DNA of 64,000 nucleotides from Pseudomonadota bacterium. GTDB lineage: Bacteria > Bdellovibrionota > FAC87 > UBA2466. A program made the position numbers and the translations under genes. The stretch is from NCBI GenBank assembly GCA_043767805.1, contig JAYUGC010000058.1:1-64000 (forward strand), given 5' to 3'. Positions 8,985 to 18,552 of this stretch are shown in pieces. The notes beneath the pieces are model-generated. The model did no database searches. It was not told where the DNA came from and saw nothing but the letters and a program-made list of their open reading frames with translations. Each line of letters begins with the position of its first letter. The first letter of the stretch is position 1.

Positions 8985-10228
8985 GCAACCGACCTCTCGG
9001 AGGCGGAATCAAACCATTTCCAGAGCCAGGCGATGAGGGTGAGCCACGTCGCCAGGCCGAGCCCTTTCTCCCACTCGATCCACCGGCCCGCTCCGGCGAC
9101 TTTCAAGAAGGGCTCGCCGGAACACCAGTGGTTATAGATCGAGAATGCGAGTAAGCCCGCCAAAAAGTGATACCTCGCCGTCCATTTCGGGACGAAAAGA
9201 AAAAGGCCGGGGGCCGCGAGCCACGCCAGATATTGCATGCCGAATCCAGGCGAGACGACGAGAAAAACCAAATAGGTCAGCCCGATTCCCTCGAGAAGTG
9301 CTTTGGGCTCCCCTTCCCGTCCGCGGGTATTTTGATAAACGGCGCCCGTGATGGCAGCGAGCAAAAAGTATTTCGCCGGCACCCTGAGAAAGGTCGGCCA
9401 AAGACCGAAGGGGAGCAGAAATTGAGTGTAACCCCACTCCCCAGGGGTCGAGTTGTACCCAAAGACATTGCGATAGAGAACCTGGTAGTCGACGGCCATG
9501 TGATAGCCGAAGATAAGGGCCGCCGCGGCTCCCACCCCGAGAAAGAAAAGAGTCCGTTCCTTCCACGTTTTGAACCAGAAAAAGAAAAGCGGAAAAAGCA
9601 GGATGGGGACGATCTTAATTCCGAGAGAAAGCCCCAGAATCACGCCACCGCCAAGCCGCCAGCCCCCGACGAGCACTCGCTCGGCCGCGAGCATAAATAG
9701 GAAGACGAACAGAGGATCCGTGTTGCCGTGAAAGCCGCTGACCAAGACCAAAATGGGGGTTAAGCAAACGATGGCGGCCGCGCGGCCTGCGAACTCGGAG
9801 GAGAAATAACTTTTCCCGAGGCGCACCATCAGGACCGCGGGTCCCGCGTCGGCGAGAATCGCCGGAAACCGGATGAGAAACCGAAAGGCATGAGGGTCGC
9901 CGCCCGCCCACGGATAGATCGCCTTCAAATAGACGCTCATCAAGGGCGGGTGGTTATACAAAGGAATGAGGTGGTATACGCGGACCCAATCCGCTTGATG
10001 AATGGTGTCCATGAAGAGCTGCCACGAAACGATGTCGTTCGTGCCGACCGTGGTGAGGGCGAGCGTCAGCCGGAGCGCGAGCCCCAAGAATATCCAGACC
10101 CAGACCACGCGCTCGGGACGGGCGATGATGGCGGCGGAAACCGCCGGAATCCAAGCTCTTATCCCAGCCTGTTGCATGGGTTGAGGTTTCCCATACTCCA
10201 GCGCCCGAGACAACGACAGGGAAGCCAA
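8981..10228 (-). CDS. Integral-membrane GT-C glycosyltransferase (GT87/PMT-like)
   Basis: Multiple TM helices; GTND, YNHPPL, HGNTD, IKIVP and QYLAW motifs; start uncertain. Confidence 0.75.
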   Translation of the reverse strand: MASLSLSRALEYGKPQPMQQAGIRAWIPAVSAAIIARPERVVWVWIFLGLALRLTLALTTVGTNDIVSWQLFMDTIHQADWVRVYHLIPLYNHPPLMSVYLKAIYPWAGGDPHAFRFLIRFPAILADAGPAVLMVRLGKSYFSSEFAGRAAAIVCLTPILVLVSGFHGNTDPLFVFLFMLAAERVLVGGWRLGGGVILGLSLGIKIVPILLFPLFFFWFKTWKERTLFFLGVGAAAALIFGYHMAVDYQVLYRNVFGYNSTPGEWGYTQFLLPFGLWPTFLRVPAKYFLLAAITGAVYQNTRGREGEPKALLEGIGLTYLVFLVVSPGFGMQYLAWLAAPGLFLFVPKWTARYHFLAGLLAFSIYNHWCSGEPFLKVAGAGRWIEWEKGLGLATWLTLIAWLWKWFDSASERSVA

Positions 10229-10364
10229 AAAGCGACGTTTTTCGGCTGTCTGGAGCCGCTCGAGGGCCTTTCCGGGCCGTTCCGAAGGCCCTACCGCACC
10301 GTTTCAAGCCCAATCTCCACTGGCCTAGAAGTTGTAGTAGCTCGCCGTCGGGAGGAGAAGACGA

Positions 10365-11363
10365 GTGAAATCTGTTACCCATTCTGATGATAGGTCTTTG
10401 ATGGATAGGCTTTTGGGAACCAGCGCGCCAGCGCCGGTCTCGACGGCGTCCTTGGGCTTTCCCGAAATCGTACGGAGGTCCATCATTCCGCGCCGAGCGG
10501 TGTGGCGGAGCCGGTTGCTTTCGAGCCAGCCCTTGCACACGAAAGCGGATCCCGCCGCGCGTATCCTCCAAATTTTGACGGATCTTTCCGATCCGCACAG
10601 CGCTTTGGCCAAACAGCTTAATCGCTACCTGATAGAGCAAAGAGAGCTCGCGGGTGGAGGCGTCTGGGCCAGGTACTTTGAAAGTTACGATACTCTCGTG
10701 GCTTTCTCGGAGCCTTACCGGTCGATGCTGCGGTTCGCGGACGAGCATATGCCCAACGGCGATGCGACCATCCTCGATATCGGCGCGGCCACGCTGAACA
10801 TTTCGCTGTTCTTGATTTTGAAAGACGGTAAACGGCGTCTAGTCGCCGTGGATCCTTCTCGCAGCGGCATGATCATCGGCAGAAAGAAGATCGAGCTCGC
10901 GGCCGGCCCGGAGCGCATCACGCGCCACCGTGCTTTCGCCAGCAGCATTCTCGATCCGCTCTTTCCTGCGAGCCAAGTTGAAGGCGCCATCGTGACCAAC
11001 TTACTCGGCAATATCCCCGAGCGTAAGGCGGTCTTTCACCGTCTCATGTCGCTCACGAAGCCCGGGGCTTCTTTAGTGACGTTCGAGCCCACGCACCGGT
11101 TCCGGGACGTGGAACGGATGAAACGCTTCTTACTCGATCTCGCGCTCAGCGCGGCGGCGAACCATTCGCCGGTGAACGAGTTCGATCTCGCTCTTGTCGG
11201 CGCGGTCCATCTCGAAACGTTCACCACGCCGCTCTACTCCGGTCCCACTCTGCTTCCGTCTCGGGAGCTCGAAACGGGAGCGGTCAACGCGGGCTTCACG
11301 ATTGAAGCGAGCAAGGCGTACTTCTCCGGCATGGTCCGGGCGCTCGCGCTCAAACGGCCCTAA
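10365..11363 (+). CDS. Class I SAM-dependent methyltransferase-like protein
   Basis: ILDIGAAT (degenerate motif I), VAVDPS, LTKPGA. Confidence 0.65.
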   Translation: MKSVTHSDDRSLMDRLLGTSAPAPVSTASLGFPEIVRRSIIPRRAVWRSRLLSSQPLHTKADPAARILQILTDLSDPHSALAKQLNRYLIEQRELAGGGVWARYFESYDTLVAFSEPYRSMLRFADEHMPNGDATILDIGAATLNISLFLILKDGKRRLVAVDPSRSGMIIGRKKIELAAGPERITRHRAFASSILDPLFPASQVEGAIVTNLLGNIPERKAVFHRLMSLTKPGASLVTFEPTHRFRDVERMKRFLLDLALSAAANHSPVNEFDLALVGAVHLETFTTPLYSGPTLLPSRELETGAVNAGFTIEASKAYFSGMVRALALKRP

Positions 11364-11393
11364 GCGCACGCCTCTAAGAGTATTCAACATGAG

Positions 11394-11468
11394 AAAAAGC
11401 CCACTTCCTGGCATTCATCGTTCAAGCTTCGCTTGAACGATGATGGCGGAAGTGGGCTTTTCTTTTTC
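11394..11468. terminator. Long bidirectional terminator hairpin between convergent genes
   Basis: AAAAGCCCACTTCC...GGAAGTGGGCTTTT outer stem and TCATCGTTCAAGC-TTC-GCTTGAACGATGA inner stem; A/T tracts on both sides. Confidence 0.75.
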
Positions 11469-11470
11469 TA

Positions 11471-12157
11471 TTACTCGCCGATGTAGATCTTGAAGGTGCC
11501 GGCCGGAGTCATATTTTCCCGGAACTCCACTGCCACGGGGCCGACGCCGCGCGCGTAGTAGACTTTCATTTCCGAGTCCGAGCGATTCGCAGTCGCTTTC
11601 TTGAAGACCACTTCCATGGCCTCCTTGTAGCTCACCGTTTTAGAGGCGGTACCGCCCTGAAAATCGACGATGGCCGCTTCCGGCCGCCCGTAGACTTCGT
11701 TCGCGGTTTTAGAGACCTGGTTCGGATCCGAGAAGGCCACCCGATTCACTAGCTCCAAGTACTCGCCGATGTCCCAGAGAGAATGATCCGCATTAGAGTT
11801 CAGCGTCATTCCCGGAGGAAGGAGCAGCTGACCGGTCGGATTTTCCTTCTGCTTGAACCAGAAGCGCCCTTCTTTCTTTACGATGGTGCCCGAAGCTTGC
11901 CCCGCTTCTCCGCCCACCCCGTAGGACGCCGAGTACAAGACTCGCATGCCTTCCTTGAGGTTGACCGAGTAGTAGTAGCTATTTTGGGCGGCGTAGGAAC
12001 GCAGCTCGCTCGCCGTTTGGAGAACGACGGGCTTACGGTTCGTTACGTCGATTTTCACGGGCTGAGGCGCACCGGAGGCGTCGATGGGATTTACCACATC
12101 GCCGTAGCCGGTAGCCGTCGCCGCGAGTAAGGCCAAGCCAATCCATTTCATATTCAT
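11471..12157 (-). CDS. Secreted hypothetical protein
   Basis: Start reassigned to MNMKWIG (RBS AAGGAG, signal peptide); C-terminal YYARGVGPV beta motif. Confidence 0.7.
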   Translation of the reverse strand: MNMKWIGLALLAATATGYGDVVNPIDASGAPQPVKIDVTNRKPVVLQTASELRSYAAQNSYYYSVNLKEGMRVLYSASYGVGGEAGQASGTIVKKEGRFWFKQKENPTGQLLLPPGMTLNSNADHSLWDIGEYLELVNRVAFSDPNQVSKTANEVYGRPEAAIVDFQGGTASKTVSYKEAMEVVFKKATANRSDSEMKVYYARGVGPVAVEFRENMTPAGTFKIYIGE

Positions 12158-12167
12158 GGTCGTCTCC

Positions 12168-13316
12168 TTAGCGAGTAGCGTTGAGGTTGCGGCGTTGCTT
12201 GAACCAGACGTCACCGACGAGATGCTCTCGCCCGTCGACACCCGTGTACTTACTCACCAGGCGGATTTCGTTGTCCTCGGTGAGGGCGACGTTTTTCACG
12301 GTCTGGTAAACGAGACTGAACTCCTTTACGTATTGCGACGCGGGAGCGGTTTCGTTCGGCGTGCAGGCGCCGTCTTGGTTGAGATCGCGCCAGACTTTGA
12401 GTCCGTCGGTGGCTTTCACCACGAGCTTATTGCTTCCGGCTTTAGCGAACTGGCTCTCGAGGGCGTTGAAGCCGTTCTCGAAAGTGCGCTTGCCGTTGGT
12501 GGTGCCGGTGAACTCGCCGAAAAGCTGCGCGCCTGAAGTAACACAAGCCGATATTCTGCCGTCGAAGAGAAGTCCGTCCGCGGGTTTCACCCAGCCGGTC
12601 CGTACTTTCTCGCCGGTGCCGGAGAGATCGAACGAAACGCCGGGTCCTTCGGCCCAGACGTTTACGAGATCGAGCTGACCGTTACCATTGAGATCGAGAA
12701 CGAGCGGCGACTGATAGTCTTTGAACGCCTTGCCGGGGGCCGCGAAGCCGTAGGCCGGGTGAAAGACCGCGAGAGAGAGCTGCTGCGAAGAGCCGCCCTC
12801 GCCCGTGTCGCCCGAGTATTTGGTGATCTGAACGTTGCCGTTCGCGACCTTGAACTCGATGGGCTTATCGATCCACTGAAACGGACGCTCGGGATGAATG
12901 TTGCCGGAGAGATTTTTGCATTCCGTGTTGTGGAGACTGGCGGTGGGATCCTTCGCCATGCAGATGGACAGTTTTCCTTTGTAGGTGCCCGACATGACGC
13001 CGGAGCTGATGCCCGGATAGGACTCTTCCATGTCGAGAGTGAGGATCAGTTTTCCATAAGCGGAACCTTGACTCGCGTCATCGCTCCGGCCGCGAATCAC
13101 CGCATCCATATTCATCTGACCGCCGGCGATGAAATCGCCGTCGACGCTGCGAATGATGGCCCGGAAGCCTGGGTTCGTCGCTTGATAGCCCGACGCCATA
13201 TTACTGAACGGCGTAACGGGGATCTCGAGCGTGTTGTAACTAATGAGCGGGATCACAGCGGCCCGGGCTATGCCTGCGGTCAGCATTAGCAGGGCGGCAA
13301 TACGTGAGGCACGCAT
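12168..13316 (-). CDS. Secreted protein with a PLVLDLxGxG Ca-binding (RTX-associated) domain
   Basis: SPLVLDLNGNG...VSFDLSGTG...TGWV...DGLL...LFGE...NGFNAL...LKVWRDLNQDG...DVWF motif string; RBS AAGGAG. Confidence 0.75.
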   Translation of the reverse strand: MRASRIAALLMLTAGIARAAVIPLISYNTLEIPVTPFSNMASGYQATNPGFRAIIRSVDGDFIAGGQMNMDAVIRGRSDDASQGSAYGKLILTLDMEESYPGISSGVMSGTYKGKLSICMAKDPTASLHNTECKNLSGNIHPERPFQWIDKPIEFKVANGNVQITKYSGDTGEGGSSQQLSLAVFHPAYGFAAPGKAFKDYQSPLVLDLNGNGQLDLVNVWAEGPGVSFDLSGTGEKVRTGWVKPADGLLFDGRISACVTSGAQLFGEFTGTTNGKRTFENGFNALESQFAKAGSNKLVVKATDGLKVWRDLNQDGACTPNETAPASQYVKEFSLVYQTVKNVALTEDNEIRLVSKYTGVDGREHLVGDVWFKQRRNLNATR

Positions 13317-13428
13317 GTCGTCTCTCTCCTTGTAAGTGGGAAAAGTAGGTACTCTTTAAGCTTCGGGGATCTCGCTCCATCGAATGATGACCAATCTCCG
13401 ACTCCGTTATCGCCCGCTAACCGCCAAA

Positions 13429-13529
13429 ATCCCAAAAGGGGTCAGCCGCCATTTGGTACCAAAAGGTACGCGAGCGCGGTTTTGCTCTGGCACTTTTTGG
13501 TACCAAATGGCGGCTGACCCCTTTGGGAT
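13429..13529. repeat. REPIN/MITE-like inverted repeat
   Basis: 30-bp perfect arms AAAGGGGTCAGCCGCCATTTGGTACCAAAA (13435-13464 / 13495-13524), each with the internal palindrome TTTGGTACCAAA. Confidence 0.8.
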
Positions 13530-13550
13530 GACTCCGTTTTTTCGAATGAA

Positions 13551-13880
13551 ATGATTCCAAAGGGTTCACTTTTGCGGAACCTCGATCTTGGCTCTATTGG
13601 GACCATGAGAACGAATCTCGCGGCCTCGGCTCCTCATCCCATTTATGGCTTGGCGCTCCACTCGGTTTCCATCCGAGAGGGGACTCTCGGGGTCGTCCGG
13701 GATGACCTGCTTTTCGGAGGCACCAAGCAAAGAGTTTGGACTCGATCTCCGGAATCCTTTTACGAGCCAGCCAGTTTTTGTCCCCCGGTGTCGTCTAACG
13801 TTCATTACGATGCGAAGCTCTGGCGCTACCTCTGGTCTGAAGCGCAAGACGGAGACTTATGGTGGAACATCGCGAGATAG
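13551..13880 (+). pseudogene. Internally deleted remnant of a PLP-dependent (ACC deaminase / D-cysteine desulfhydrase-like) protein
   Basis: VVRDDLLFGGTKQR N-terminal motif lies about 20 aa from C-terminal-like PP.SS..YDAKLW...LWWN motifs. Confidence 0.45.
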
Positions 13881-13885
13881 AATGG

Positions 13886-13914
13886 GGCGTGGGAGGGGCA
13901 TCCCCTCCCACGCC
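13886..13914. terminator. Perfect 13-bp hairpin between convergent ORFs
   Basis: GGCGTGGGAGGGG-CAT-CCCCTCCCACGCC; weak U tract. Confidence 0.55.
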
Positions 13915-13920
13915 TATGGT

Positions 13921-14262
13921 TTAATGGCGTTGGGGCTCGCAAGCGTAGAGGGCTTCGTCGTCGTCCGTCGAAGTACGGACGTAGCCACCTTCATCTCCCT
14001 GGATCAGGGTCTCATCGATCGAGGCGCTCACTTCGTCGGCGACTTCGCACGCGTCCCCCGAAAGCTCTCCCTCGTCGGCTTCGCATTGTCCGATGCTGTC
14101 CGAGCTGAGCACCACCGCTTCTTCTCCCGAAACGAGGGAAAATCTTTCGCCGAGCAAGGCCGTTTCTTCGTCGGAGTTTTGCGTGCAGACGTAGCTAGAC
14201 TCCGACGCAAACGCGGGACTCAACCAGAGGACGCTGACTAAGAACAGAGTTTTGTAGTTCAT
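13921..14262 (-). CDS. Small secreted acidic protein with four Cys
   Basis: Signal peptide ending AFA; D/E-rich. Confidence 0.7.
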   Translation of the reverse strand: MNYKTLFLVSVLWLSPAFASESSYVCTQNSDEETALLGERFSLVSGEEAVVLSSDSIGQCEADEGELSGDACEVADEVSASIDETLIQGDEGGYVRTSTDDDEALYACEPQRH

Positions 14263-14376
14263 TTGATGGGCCTTTTCTACGGCTCGTTCGGGAGAGATCC
14301 ACCATGACCTCTTCGCGAAATCGAGCGTTGCTATCGTTATAAATTACGCTTTTTTCCCGAGGGGAAAGCACTGCAA

Positions 14377-14413
14377 TGCTGAATGGCGGAAATACCTTGC
14401 TGGATGGCGGGAA
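14377..14413 (-). promoter_or_regulatory. Putative LytTR-family binding site (direct repeat, 21-bp period)
   Basis: TGCTGAATGGCGGAAA at 14377 and TGCTGGATGGCGGGAA at 14398, between the LytS/LytTR genes and a divergent gene. Confidence 0.6.
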
Positions 14414-14463
14414 GCGGCGACTTGCGCATTGGGTTGGGGGAGGCCACGTGCTAGAAATACCCC

Positions 14464-15486
14464 ATGAAGCGAGCCGCCTTTTCTCTTCCTCCCATCTGGC
14501 ACCGGGCTGCCGTGATCGGGTTTGGCATGGCGCTTCTCTGGTTCATCGGAGACTTCAGCGATTTCGAGACGGAAAGTTTTCCCCGCTGGACTCTCTTTTA
14601 TTTATCCATGGGGCTATCCACCTCGATCATGGTGGGCATGGCGCTTTCCCTCCACCAACGGCGGTTTACGCCTTCGGCCGGTCGCAAGGAACTGACCGGC
14701 CAGTTCATCGTTACTCTCCTGGCTCTCATTCCGGGACTTGGAATTCCCGCGCTCGTCGATGGCTACGTCTTCGATGAACCTGTTCTCCTTGCCGACCTCT
14801 GGGGCGCCTTTCTTTATGGCGCCATCACCGCGGCCATGTTCCTCCTGAATTATTCGAACAAGAAAACTCTTCAGGATTTGATGGAGCTGAGAGCGAAAAC
14901 GGCGGAAGCCAGATACGAAATGTTGAAGGCTCAGATGCAGCCACATTTTCTCTTCAATTCGTTGAATAGTCTGACCGAGCTCATTGCCCAGGACCCTCCG
15001 GCCGCGGAAGGCATGGCTCAGAAACTCTCGGACCTCTACAAGCTGATTCTTCAGAACTCGGAGTCCAGAACGGCCACTTTGAGCAGCGAGGTGGCCATAG
15101 CCCGTCGTTACCTGGAGATCGAGAGGCTTCGTTACGAGGACCGTCTTCGGTTTGAGTTTAGCGTTCCACTCGAATCGGAAAAAATCCATTTACCCAGTCT
15201 GATGGTGCAGACTCTGGTCGAAAACGCCGTGAAGCACGGCATTGCGAACGCGGTGGACGGCGGCATGGTTAGTCTCGAAGTCGCCCGGGCGGGGGAGGGC
15301 TGGTACCGGCTGCGGCTCACCAATACGGGCGAGCCATTTCGGGATTGTTCGGGCGGAACGGGGCTGACCAATACGGTGGGGCGTCTGGACTTGTTGTACG
15401 GCGATCGCCACGACTTTCGCATTCAGTGCGATGAAAGCCAGCGCACGGTAGTGAGCTTTTGTTTTTCAGGAGAAGCCTTTGCCTAA
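14464..15486 (+). CDS. LytS/YehU-family membrane sensor histidine kinase
   Basis: LKAQMQPHFLFNSLN, QTLVENAVKHG, GTGLTN; N-terminal TM helices. Confidence 0.92.
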   Translation: MKRAAFSLPPIWHRAAVIGFGMALLWFIGDFSDFETESFPRWTLFYLSMGLSTSIMVGMALSLHQRRFTPSAGRKELTGQFIVTLLALIPGLGIPALVDGYVFDEPVLLADLWGAFLYGAITAAMFLLNYSNKKTLQDLMELRAKTAEARYEMLKAQMQPHFLFNSLNSLTELIAQDPPAAEGMAQKLSDLYKLILQNSESRTATLSSEVAIARRYLEIERLRYEDRLRFEFSVPLESEKIHLPSLMVQTLVENAVKHGIANAVDGGMVSLEVARAGEGWYRLRLTNTGEPFRDCSGGTGLTNTVGRLDLLYGDRHDFRIQCDESQRTVVSFCFSGEAFA

Positions 15487-16216
15487 GCGCATTCTCATCG
15501 TAGACGACGAGCGCCTGGCCAGGCAGCGAGTCGCCCGCTTCATCCGCGATCGGAACGAGAATCACGTGCTGGCGGAGGCGAGCCACGGCCTCGATGCTTT
15601 GGGGAAAATTCCGCTCTTTCTTCCCGATATCATCTTTCTGGATATAGCGATGCCAGGCATGTCTGGTTTTGACCTGCTCTATCAGCTGGAGGAGCGCCCT
15701 TTCGTGCTGGTGTTTCAGACGGCCTTCGACAAGTTCGCCCTCCAGGCTTTTGAGGAGAACGCGTGTGATTATTTGCTGAAGCCTTTTCCGCGAGAGCGGT
15801 TCAATAAAGCCTTGGATAGAGCGCTCGCTCGCTCGCCAAACGGAACGGAACTGGGCGGGGTCGAAAGTCAGGTGTTGGAGAAGCAAACTTACTTGACGAA
15901 GATCGCCGTCCGTCACCGCAATCAGCTCAAGATTGTGAACGACGCCGAAATTTTCGCTTTCGTCAGCCGGGATCATTACACTTTCGTGTGCACGGAATCG
16001 ACGGAGTACCTCTGTGAGCTCTCTTTAGCTCATTTGGCTAAACGGCTTTCGCCTGAGCGGTTCAAGCAGGTCCATCGCAACGCAATTGTCCGTCTCGACG
16101 CCATCCAGTCAGTCTCGCTCGGTGAGGCCATGGCGGTGCATTTAGGCAATGGCCTCGCTCTGCCTGTGTCTCGCAGTAACCGCGCTTTGGTGAACAAGCT
16201 CCGGATGAGCGTTTAA
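15479..16216 (+). CDS. LytTR-family response regulator
   Basis: IVDDE, FLDIAMPG, DYLLKP receiver; FKQVHRNAIV...LPVSRS LytTR domain. Confidence 0.92.
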   Translation: MPKRILIVDDERLARQRVARFIRDRNENHVLAEASHGLDALGKIPLFLPDIIFLDIAMPGMSGFDLLYQLEERPFVLVFQTAFDKFALQAFEENACDYLLKPFPRERFNKALDRALARSPNGTELGGVESQVLEKQTYLTKIAVRHRNQLKIVNDAEIFAFVSRDHYTFVCTESTEYLCELSLAHLAKRLSPERFKQVHRNAIVRLDAIQSVSLGEAMAVHLGNGLALPVSRSNRALVNKLRMSV

Positions 16217-16259
16217 CATGATCTTCGAAGCCTCAGCCATAGCCGCCTCCGAGGACGTT

Positions 16260-16529
16260 CTATGACTCGAAGCGATTCGCCTTTCTCCGCTTTCCGGAGT
16301 CAGAGCCTAGATCGCCACGGAGCAGACTCAAGTAAAGCTGCTCTACTTTCTCTCGGGCCCAAGGAGTGCGTCTTAAAAAGGTGAGGCTGGATTTGAGGCT
16401 CGGATCTTTCGTGAAGCAATTTATCTTGATCCTCCTCCCGAGCTCTTCCCACCCGTATTGGGCTTCGAGCTTCTTGAGAATCTGCTCCAGCGTGATTCCC
16501 TCTAAGGGATTTTTCGGATTGCTTGGCAT
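16260..16529 (-). CDS. VF530/DUF2132-family DNA-binding protein
   Basis: [12 protein letters not shown]...[35 protein letters not shown]. Confidence 0.85.
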   Translation of the reverse strand: MPSNPKNPLEGITLEQILKKLEAQYGWEELGRRIKINCFTKDPSLKSSLTFLRRTPWAREKVEQLYLSLLRGDLGSDSGKRRKANRFES

Positions 16530-16727
16530 GCGGTTGAAGCAATCCTACCTCAGAAGCCGATACCGCAAAGTTTCTTGTTCGGTTCTAGTCTAGACTGCCA
16601 AGCGGGAATAATCACAGCACACGCGAAGCAGTTGCAGTAGGCCAACGGTATTTTATGCGGAACCGATGCGGCAAATAATACCACGAGCTTGGGTAAGAGG
16701 CCGCCCGCGTTATGGTATCTTGAGCGA

Positions 16728-17276
16728 ATGACGGTCGAAGCGAAAAGCTGGTGGGAAGTGTTCACGCTTTTTGTCATTCCCATCGGAGGCGGCATACCCG
16801 CGGGCGTAGTGCTCGCCCGTACTCGCGGCATCCCGTGGTTTGGGATGATGTTCCTCTACTTTTTATCCGACGTGCTGCTCGCCTTCGTTTTCGAGCCCAT
16901 TATGTGGGCGGTCATTTACTGGGGAAAACGCTCGGTCAAGGTCACTCGCTTTCTGGACGTGCTAAAGGAATCGATGAAACGAACGACGCCTCAGCTGGGC
17001 CATGCCTTGGGACCGCTCGGCCTGATCGGAGTCTCCTTCGGCGTGGATCCCATGACGGGACGGGCGGTAGCCAAAGCCGCGGGACACGGCTTTGGCAGCG
17101 GGTGGGCCATCGCCATCACCGGGGATATGATTTACTTCTCAATACTCATGGTCTCGACGCTGTGGCTGAACAACGTGTTGGGAGATGGAACGTGGACCAC
17201 CATCATCATGTTGGGACTCATGCTCACCGTACCGGGCCTCATTCGCCGATTTCGCAAGCCTTCCGGGCCGAACTGA
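16728..17276 (+). CDS. Membrane protein (small multidrug-export/COG2426-like)
   Basis: Several TM helices, IPIGGGIPAGV; start moved to ATG 16728. Confidence 0.6.
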   Translation: MTVEAKSWWEVFTLFVIPIGGGIPAGVVLARTRGIPWFGMMFLYFLSDVLLAFVFEPIMWAVIYWGKRSVKVTRFLDVLKESMKRTTPQLGHALGPLGLIGVSFGVDPMTGRAVAKAAGHGFGSGWAIAITGDMIYFSILMVSTLWLNNVLGDGTWTTIIMLGLMLTVPGLIRRFRKPSGPN

Positions 17277-17982
17277 AGCCGTACGTTTCACGTAAGAGAT
17301 TGCGCTCCAAATGCCCGAGGTGCATCCGGCCGACGATCATCACAATCTCGTTTTCCAAATCGCCACGCTCCAAAAGCTCCATCAACCGGGCGGCCATAGT
17401 CTCGTTGCGAGTGAAGACGATGCCGGGACCCATGAGCCAAAGCGATCGAAGCAGGGAAGAGCGGGCGATGGCCGGCCAAAATAGGCCGAACGCCGCGAGC
17501 TGGAGCATGCAGAAAAAGCCCGTCAGATAAAGCGCCCAAAGCCAAAGGGGAAGTCTCGCGAGGTTGTAGCCCGTCCAGCCCAAGGCCGAGAAGCCGACCG
17601 CCATAACGAAAAACGAGAGCAGGATACCGATCTCGATTTTTTCCCGCGCGCCAAGCCGGTGCCCTTCCTCCAAGCGATGCAGGCACACCGCCTTTTTCTT
17701 GAAGAGGGTCTCGGCTGTGAGGATCGCGCCAGGCCCGAGCATTCCGAGGCGCACGAGCCCTTTCAGGGGAACGTAAATGAGACCGAGTAGTTTTTCCGGA
17801 TAGCCCGCCTTATCGACGCCCTCGACCGCGATGCATTTGCCCTGACCGAGGAGCGCCCGCACTCGCTGTCTCAAACCAGGCGGCACGATATGGGACTCAC
17901 CCACCAGGATGAGCGTCGTGCCTCCGCGCCGGAGCACGATTTGCCGAAAAAAGAGGGGGAAAATGGCACCGGCTAAGTTCAC
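17239..17982 (-). CDS. TraB/GumN-like membrane protein
   Basis: LILVGESHI, RNETMA and IVGRMHL motifs flanking two TM helices. Confidence 0.5.
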   Translation of the reverse strand: MNLAGAIFPLFFRQIVLRRGGTTLILVGESHIVPPGLRQRVRALLGQGKCIAVEGVDKAGYPEKLLGLIYVPLKGLVRLGMLGPGAILTAETLFKKKAVCLHRLEEGHRLGAREKIEIGILLSFFVMAVGFSALGWTGYNLARLPLWLWALYLTGFFCMLQLAAFGLFWPAIARSSLLRSLWLMGPGIVFTRNETMAARLMELLERGDLENEIVMIVGRMHLGHLERNLLRETYGFSSARKACEIGE

Positions 17983-18063
17983 TTAACCATTATAGCCACA
18001 CTTTCCCTCCCACGGGGCCTGTGATACGAAGCGTTAATCTGTAACTTTTTTTAGGAGTACTTC

Positions 18064-18468
18064 ATGCGCGCTCTTTTCGTACTGCTCGCTTTCGTCGTTG
18101 GAATGAACGGCTTCGCCGCCACCAAAGCGGCTCCCGGCTACCGCATTCACATTTGGGCCTGTTCCAGCGTCGTTAAAGGTTCGGATCACGGTTACTCCGT
18201 CTCCGTCGATAACGTCTACGGCCAAGGCGTCGTGGTTAAGGTTTCCACGCAAAGCATCGTCGGACCTCAGGTCCTCGGCCAATGGGTCGTCAGTGAGTCC
18301 GGCTCCGTTCCGGCGCGTCCGTACTACGAGTACCTGGACCAAACTACTGCGGGCAAGAGCTTGAAGCTCACGATTACCGACACCGGTAAGGGTAAGTTCA
18401 TCGCAATTCCCAAAAAGGGCGGACGTCACGCCGGACAGCTTACTTGCTACCGCACCCGTTCCTTGTAA
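18064..18468 (+). CDS. Small secreted hypothetical protein
   Basis: RBS AGGAG, signal peptide, one Cys near each end. Confidence 0.75.
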   Translation: MRALFVLLAFVVGMNGFAATKAAPGYRIHIWACSSVVKGSDHGYSVSVDNVYGQGVVVKVSTQSIVGPQVLGQWVVSESGSVPARPYYEYLDQTTAGKSLKLTITDTGKGKFIAIPKKGGRHAGQLTCYRTRSL

Positions 18469-18481
18469 AAGCCTTTCTAGG

Positions 18482-18521
18482 GGGCGCTTCTTCCTAACGG
18501 AAGAGGCGCCCTTTTATTTTT
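18482..18521 (+). terminator. Rho-independent terminator
   Basis: GGGCGCTTCTTCC-TAAC-GGAAGAGGCGCCC followed by TTTTATTTTT. Confidence 0.85.
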
Positions 18522-18552
18522 GTCGATGGTTTATTTGTAGTATTTCGCGCGC

